Source of the DNA: a virus
Taxonomy: Duplodnaviria > Heunggongvirae > Uroviricota > Caudoviricetes
Virus record (IMG/VR): IMGVR_UViG_2537562217_000016
Reading direction: 5' to 3' (one strand)
DNA length: 13,763 nt
Both the position numbers and the translations under genes were made by a program. Below, piece after piece: positions 8,990 to 13,763 of the stretch. Numbering within the stretch: position 1 is the stretch's first letter; the number at the start of each line of letters is the position of its first letter. The notes below the pieces were generated by a model. That model ran no database searches. It was not told the DNA's origin and saw only the letters and a list, made by a program, of their open reading frames with translations.

Positions 8990-9086
8990 ACACACCACGT
9001 TAATTATTTAATAAAAACATTTTCTTTTTTATTCCGGCGTCAGCGCCGCGGGCTTCTGCACGCCGGAAACAGAGGAGAATTAAATT

Positions 9087-9281
9087 ATGATATTTAAATG
9101 TATTCAGTGCGAGAGGGATATAACAGCCCTGCGTTTTCACAGCGCCATCGCCGTGATGTCCGGTAAGTATCACATACCTGCAGTACGTGTCACCCTGGTC
9201 TGCCCGTACTGCAGCCAGCATTTTTCGGCGGACGTGCCCGTCATGGAATTCTCCCGCCCTGACAGGGAGGACGCGCAATGA
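9087..9281 (+). CDS. Small zinc-ribbon protein (64 aa; CxxC ... CxxC)
   Basis: RBS GAGGAG 9073..9078, ATG 9087. Cys pairs KCIQCE and VCPYCS. Confidence 0.5.
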   Translation: MIFKCIQCERDITALRFHSAIAVMSGKYHIPAVRVTLVCPYCSQHFSADVPVMEFSRPDREDAQ

Positions 9282-9550
9282 TTACCCCACAGGAAGCACG
9301 ACAGCGCACCCGAACTCTTGTTGAACACTATGTCAACGAGTGTGAATGCCGCGACCTCACCGATGTGAAGCACGTCCTGACGGCGCTAATCAGCATGGCC
9401 ACACAGGCCATTGTGGCGACCAACGGAAAGGAGGCTGCCCTGCAGGTACTGATGAACACACTCACCCACACGGCAGAGCATGAGGTGCCGTACCGGATGG
9501 AAACCACTGCAGAAGGCGGCCTGCACATCACCGTCAGCCGGAAGCACTGA
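9278..9550 (+). CDS. Hypothetical protein (90 aa)
   Basis: ATGA start/stop overlap with the upstream ORF (translational coupling); no recognisable motif. Confidence 0.45.
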   Translation: MITPQEARQRTRTLVEHYVNECECRDLTDVKHVLTALISMATQAIVATNGKEAALQVLMNTLTHTAEHEVPYRMETTAEGGLHITVSRKH

Positions 9551-9559
9551 GGGCGCGGC

Positions 9560-9856
9560 ATGACACGAAACACCGAACTCACCCGCACCGCCCTCTACCG
9601 TCTGGCCCTGCAGCGTTTCGGGCCGGACGCACAGGCCCTGAAACTGGCAGAAGAGGCCGCTGAACTGGCGGCCAGTGCCGCCCGCAACCTGAACGGACAG
9701 GGCAGCGAAAGTGACCTCGCGGCAGAGCTGGCAGACGTGGAAATCATGACAGAGCAACTGCGCCTTCAGGGGATGGACCGGCTGATTGACTTCCACAAAC
9801 AGAAAAAACTGGAACGTCTGGCTGCACGACTGGGCGTGATTTACACGAACGAGTAA
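9560..9856 (+). CDS. Putative MazG-like all-alpha NTP pyrophosphohydrolase-domain protein (98 aa)
   Basis: Acidic helix motifs LAEEAAELAASAA and AAELADVEIMTEQL plus C-terminal KQKKLERL resemble the EExxE/ExxD metal-binding helices of small phage MazG-like proteins. Assignment is from motifs only. Confidence 0.45.
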   Translation: MTRNTELTRTALYRLALQRFGPDAQALKLAEEAAELAASAARNLNGQGSESDLAAELADVEIMTEQLRLQGMDRLIDFHKQKKLERLAARLGVIYTNE

Positions 9857-9870
9857 CCGGGAGGCATTCA

Positions 9871-10086
9871 ATGGCTGACATACTCAGGGAAATCACCGCA
9901 TGGACACTGATTCTTACTGGCCTGGCGACATGCCTCAGTGCGGGGGCAGCCCTGGCTGCCCTGCTGATGCACATAACAACACAGTGGTTATGGGAAAAGC
10001 TTAAAGCAGCATACAGCCTGAAAGAGCTGTCCGACGCTGTCCGGGCATGGAAACGGCAGAAAAATACCGGAGATACAGAACAATGA
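9871..10086 (+). CDS. Small membrane protein (71 aa; one predicted TM helix)
   Basis: RBS GGGAGG 9857..9862, ATG 9871. Hydrophobic stretch WTLILTGLATCLSAGAALAALLM. Confidence 0.45.
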   Translation: MADILREITAWTLILTGLATCLSAGAALAALLMHITTQWLWEKLKAAYSLKELSDAVRAWKRQKNTGDTEQ

Positions 10087-10766
10087 CAGACCAGAATAAA
10101 CACATTGAGAAACTGAAAAAGTTGCTGGCGCTGGCCGCATCCGGCAACCCGCACGAGGCCGCTCTGGCACTGCGCCGAGCCCGTAAACTGATGGATGTTC
10201 ACGGCATCACACATTCCGACATTGCTATGAGTGATATTGATGAAACCATCAGTCACTACTGGCCGACAGGCAGTCTCCGTCCACCGCGCTACATGCTGGG
10301 CCTGATGAACATCATCCGCGAGGTATTTGGTGTTAACTCCATCATTCACCCCGGCACGCATCCGTCTGTGGGGTTCTACGGCAACCGGGAACGTGCGGCA
10401 CTGGCTGCATACACCTGGGAAGTGCTGGCCCGTCAGCTGAAAAAGGCGCGTCAGCAGTATATCAGTGCACAGAACAAAAGAATAAAAACCGCCACCCGCA
10501 CCAGCCGTGGAGACCAGTTTGCCGAAGGCTGGGTGCTGGCCGTTATCAGTGAAATACAGTCCTTTGCCCTGACCGATGATGAGCGTGAATTGATGCAGCA
10601 GTGGCTGGAACATAAATACCCGCAGACGCAAACCACCAGGGCGCGTAAACCGGGAAGAAGCCGCAATGGCGACGCCTCGCGCTATGCGGGGTTTCGTGAA
10701 GGGCAGAACGTCAGACTGCACCGCCCGGTCAGTGGGCAGGAACAACAGAAACTGGAGGCCAGATGA
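10083..10766 (+). CDS. DUF2786-like protein (227 aa)
   Basis: ATG 10083 overlaps the upstream stop (ATGA) and is preferred over the track start at 10047. N-terminal motif IEKLKKLLALAASGNPHEAALALRRARKLM resembles the DUF2786 signature as I recall it. Confidence 0.6.
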   Translation: MTDQNKHIEKLKKLLALAASGNPHEAALALRRARKLMDVHGITHSDIAMSDIDETISHYWPTGSLRPPRYMLGLMNIIREVFGVNSIIHPGTHPSVGFYGNRERAALAAYTWEVLARQLKKARQQYISAQNKRIKTATRTSRGDQFAEGWVLAVISEIQSFALTDDERELMQQWLEHKYPQTQTTRARKPGRSRNGDASRYAGFREGQNVRLHRPVSGQEQQKLEAR

Positions 10767-10993
10767 TTACGCTATCAGGTAAAAGCCGGAAATTAAAAGC
10801 CTGCCGAATATCTGCCAGATACCTTTTTGCCCGCGCCTTTTTTAAGAACGTCAGGCCGGGGATCACAATTGGTGTTATTGCCGGACGCGAACAGGTTGAA
10901 AAATACATGTCAGGTGCATGGTGGAATAACGACCCTGTCATTGCTGCCCGTAATATTCATATCGAATGGGGAGGTATTCAGAATGACTACTGA
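10763..10993 (+). CDS. Hypothetical protein (76 aa)
   Basis: ATGA overlap with the upstream ORF stop; no motif recognised. Confidence 0.4.
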   Translation: MITLSGKSRKLKACRISARYLFARAFFKNVRPGITIGVIAGREQVEKYMSGAWWNNDPVIAARNIHIEWGGIQNDY

Positions 10994-11189
10994 AACCATT
11001 GTCTGTTTTCTTTTCTGGTATATGTACGCAGGATCATGCAGCGCAAGACTTCATCGTTCCCTGGGCTATGGCAGGCACTACGACACCGCGCATTACATCC
11101 TGTACATGACCGCCGTCATGTTGTTCTGGCCAGTCACCCTGCCAGCTGCAACCGACATTGTTGCCGACAGACTGAAAAAAAGGAGATGA
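10983..11189 (+). CDS. Small membrane protein (68 aa; two hydrophobic segments)
   Basis: ATG 10983 overlaps the upstream ORF end. Hydrophobic segments IVCFLFWYMYAG and ILYMTAVMLFWPV. The track's longer ORF from 10827 is rejected as an upstream extension. Confidence 0.4.
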   Translation: MTTETIVCFLFWYMYAGSCSARLHRSLGYGRHYDTAHYILYMTAVMLFWPVTLPAATDIVADRLKKRR

Positions 11190-11190
11190 T

Positions 11191-11388
11191 ATGCAGAAAA
11201 AACGCCTGATACAGCTTATCCATATTGCCCGTAATGAACTGGGTATGGATGAAGACACCTACCGCCAGATGTTACAGGGGCTGACCGGTAAAGCCTCAAC
11301 CAAAGGAATGGATACCACACAACTAAACTGCGTGCGTAAGCGTCGTCTCAGCACCGTCTGGCAGATCCTGAAATTCCTGAGAGAATAG
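11191..11388 (+). pseudogene. GemA/gp16-like (DUF1018) gene truncated by IS66-family insertion; only ~48 native codons (11191..~11335) remain
   Basis: RBS AGGAG 11181..11185, ATG 11191. N-terminal LIQLIHIARNELGMDEDTYRQMLQGLTGKASTKGM matches the conserved start of Mu gp16/GemA-like proteins as I recall it. The reading frame runs into the IS end at ~11336 and stops at 11386..11388. Confidence 0.55.
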
Positions 11389-11416
11389 TGGACACCAAAT
11401 ATGGTGGACGCTATTC

Positions 11417-11821
11417 ATGAAATCATTAACCGCAGTGCGTAAAAAAAGCCCTAATTATCCCGTTGAGTTCAAAATCAAAATGGTGGAACTCTCGCATCGA
11501 CCAGAGATCTCCGTAGCGCAACTCGCTCGTGAGCATGGGATCAACGATAATTTGCTGTTCAAGTGGCGCCAGTACTGGCGCGAAGGAAAACTACGTCCTC
11601 CTTCAACAACAGAAAACAACGTGCCTGAGCTGCTCCCGATAACACTTGATGCCGAAGATGTTGTCCCTACAACCTCCCCCCGGTCACAACCTGTAGCTGC
11701 TGCGACACCTGAATCACTCAATATCAGCTGTGAAGTGACGTTCCGGCACGGATCACTCCGTCTGAATGGTGCCATCAGCGAAAATATCCTGAACCTGCTG
11801 ATACGGGAGCTCAAACGTTGA
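11417..11821 (+). CDS. tnpA: IS66-family accessory protein TnpA (orfA)
   Basis: 134 aa with HTH region ISVAQLAREHGINDNLLFKWRQYW; first ORF of the IS66 module. Confidence 0.85.
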   Translation: MKSLTAVRKKSPNYPVEFKIKMVELSHRPEISVAQLAREHGINDNLLFKWRQYWREGKLRPPSTTENNVPELLPITLDAEDVVPTTSPRSQPVAAATPESLNISCEVTFRHGSLRLNGAISENILNLLIRELKR

Positions 11822-12165
11822 TCCCATTACCATCAGGGACAAAGATCTGGCTGGTCGCTGGCATCACCGATATGAGAAACGGCTTCAACGGCCTGGCGGC
11901 AAAGGTGCAGACGACGCTGAAAGACGATCCGATGTCAGGTCACGTTTTTATCTTCCGTGGGCGTAATGGCAGTCAGGTAAAGCTCCTCTGGTCTACCGGC
12001 GATGGACTGTGTCTGCTGACCAAACGGCTGGAGCGCGGCCGCTTCGCCTGGCCGTCAGCCCGGGATGGCAAAGTGTTCCTCACACCGGCACAGCTGGCGA
12101 TGCTGCTGGAAGGTATCGACTGGCGGCAGCCTAAAAGACTACTTACGTCCCTGACTATGTTGTAA
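11818..12165 (+). CDS. tnpB: IS66-family TnpB (orfB)
   Basis: Highly characteristic IPLPSGTKIWLVAGITDMRNGFNGLAAKVQ... N-terminus; TTG start at 11818 overlaps the tnpA stop (11819..11821). Confidence 0.9.
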   Translation: MIPLPSGTKIWLVAGITDMRNGFNGLAAKVQTTLKDDPMSGHVFIFRGRNGSQVKLLWSTGDGLCLLTKRLERGRFAWPSARDGKVFLTPAQLAMLLEGIDWRQPKRLLTSLTML

Positions 12166-12213
12166 GCCTCTTTATCCTGGTCGACGCTGAATGAGCCTGG
12201 TAATATACCCGGT

Positions 12214-13751
12214 ATGAGCAGCTCACTTCCTGACGATATCAATGCACTGAAACGTCTCCTTGCCGAACAGGAGGCGCTGAACCGTGCCCTGCTGGAAAAG
12301 CTGAACGAGCGTGAACGCGAAATAGACCATCTGCAGGCACAGCTGGATAAGCTGCGCCGGATGAACTTCGGCAGCCGCTCGGAAAAAGTCTCCCGTCGTA
12401 TCGCACAGATGGAAGCTGACCTGAAGGCACTTCAGAAAGAAAGTGATACCCTTACCGGTCGGGTTGACGACCCGGCCGTGCAGCGCCCGCTGCGTCAAAC
12501 CCGCACCCGCAAACCGTTCCCCGAATCACTCCCCCGCGATGAAAAACGGCTGCTGCCGGCAGCGTCATGCTGCCCGGAATGTGGAGGCTCGCTGAGCTAT
12601 CTGGGTGAGGATGCCGCCGAACAGCTGGAGTTGATGCGCAGCGCCTTCCGGGTTATCCGGACTGTACGTGAAAAGCATGCCTGTACTCAGTGCGATGCCA
12701 TCGTGCAGGCCCCCGCGCCTTCACGGCCCATCGAGCGGGGTATCGCAGGACCGGGGCTGCTGGCCCGCGTGCTGATCTCAAAGTATGCAGAGCACACCCC
12801 GCTGTACCGCCAGTCTGAAATGTACGGCCGCCAGGGCGTGGAGCTGAGTCGTTCACTGCTGTCGGGCTGGGTGGATGCATGCTGCCGGCTACTGTCACCG
12901 CTGGAAGAAGCGCTTCAGGACTATGTGCTGACTGACGGTAAGCTCCATGCTGATGACACGCCTGTCCCGGTGCTGTTGCCAGGCAATAAGAAAACGAAGA
13001 CCGGGCGGTTATGGACCTACGTTCGTGACGACCGTAACGCCGGGTCAACGCTGGCGCCGGCGGTGTGGTTCGCTTACAGCCCGGACAGAAAAGGCATCCA
13101 TCCGCAGACCCATCTTGCGGGGTTCAGTGGTGTACTGCAGGCGGATGCATACGCCGGGTTCAACGAGCTGTACCGGGATGGCCGGATAACGGAAGCCGCC
13201 TGTTGGGCTCACGCCCGCCGTAAAATCCACGATGTGCACGTTCGCACCCCGTCAGCCCTGACGGAGGAAGCGCTGAACGGATCGGCGAACTGTACGCCAT
13301 CGAGGCAGAGATAAGGGGAATGACGGCGGAGCAGCGCCTTGCCGAACGTCAGTTGAAAACGAAACCGCTGCTGAAATCCCTGGAAAGCTGGCTGCGTGAA
13401 AAGATGAAAACCCTGTCGCGACACTCAGAACTGGCGAAAGCGTTCGCATACGCCCTGAACCAGTGGCTGGCGCTGACGTACTATGCAGATGATGGCTGGG
13501 CTGAGGCGGACAATAACATCGCTGAAAATGCGTTGCGGATGGTCAGTCTGGGCCGCAAAAACTACCTGTTCTTCGGTTCGGATCATGGAGGAGAGCGGGG
13601 AGCGCTGCTGTACAGCCTGATCGGGACGTGCAAACTGAACGGAGTGGAGCCAGAAAGCTACCTCCGCTATGTCCTTGACGTCATAGCCGACTGGCCGATA
13701 AACCGGGTCGGCGAACTGCTCCCCTGGCGCGTAGCACTGCCGACTGAATAA
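12214..13751 (+). pseudogene. tnpC: IS66-family transposase TnpC (orfC), interrupted by an apparent 1-nt frameshift near 13276..13278
   Basis: ORF 12214..13314 (366 aa; leucine-zipper-like N-terminus, CPECGG zinc-finger-like motif, DDE region) and ORF 13320..13751 (143 aa) are colinear in different frames. The downstream frame is already open from ~13260 (…[20 protein letters not shown]…), and the combined ~510 aa matches full-length TnpC. Confidence 0.8.
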
Positions 13752-13763
13752 CACATCCCCGTC

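Larger units (their letters stand above)
2950..11335 (+). mobile_element. Mu-like/BcepMu-like transposable prophage, early region (partial; left end not located, right part displaced beyond an IS66 insertion)
   Basis: Gene order repressor(-) | ner-like(+) ... DDE transposase, AAA+ ATPase, small ORF, Gam, small ORFs, GemA-like matches the Mu early region; the Gam homologue is unambiguous. Confidence 0.65.
11336..13763 (+). mobile_element. IS66-family insertion sequence (partial; right end beyond window)
   Basis: Candidate terminus GTAAGCG at 11336..11342, about 81 bp upstream of tnpA; canonical three-ORF organisation TnpA-TnpB-TnpC follows. The expected length of about 2.4-2.5 kb places the right end just past the window. 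Confidence 0.8.

Noticed and set aside
9000-9278. 92-aa minus-strand ORF
   Set aside because: Spans an intergenic AT-rich/hairpin region and the antisense of the zinc-ribbon ORF; no RBS; likely spurious.
9744-10745. 333-aa minus-strand ORF
   Set aside because: Antisense to a chain of plus-strand ORFs with RBSs, coupled starts and a recognisable DUF2786-like motif; its translation is low-complexity and Arg/Ser/Gly/Cys-rich, as expected for a shadow ORF.
10827-10982. Longer 120-aa version of the small membrane protein ORF
   Set aside because: The upstream portion overlaps ORF 10763..10993 in another frame; the internal ATG 10983 gives the usual coupled arrangement.
13255-13325. Programmed ribosomal frameshift in TnpC
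   Set aside because: No slippery heptamer or downstream structure is evident, and programmed frameshifting is not a known feature of IS66 TnpC; a mutation or sequencing error is more parsimonious.

Overview
Working from sequence alone (no searches run; all family assignments are from recalled motifs), this window is a mosaic accessory region with four parts. (1) 1..~573: the left end of an IS21-family (IS100-like) element in reverse orientation, carrying the IstA N-terminus. (2) 544..2833: a short module of a P-loop NTPase-like ORF, two small divergent ORFs whose start codons overlap, and an orphan Dam-family N6-adenine methyltransferase. (3) 2950..~11335: the early region of a Mu-like/BcepMu-like transposable prophage. 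It has a leftward XRE repressor, a divergent promoter with a perfect palindromic operator, then rightward a Ner-like gene, three extra genes, a DD(35)E transposase, an HTH+AAA+ transposition ATPase, a clear Gam homologue, a run of translationally coupled small ORFs and a GemA/gp16-like gene. (4) ~11336..13763: an IS66-family element (TnpA, TnpB, TnpC) inserted into the GemA-like gene and running off the window, with a frameshifted TnpC. No rRNA, tRNA or CRISPR array was seen. The best candidates for undescribed biology are the three-gene insert between ner and the transposase, the IS-flanked P-loop/small-ORF/Dam module, and the small-ORF array after gam; none can be assigned a function from sequence alone.
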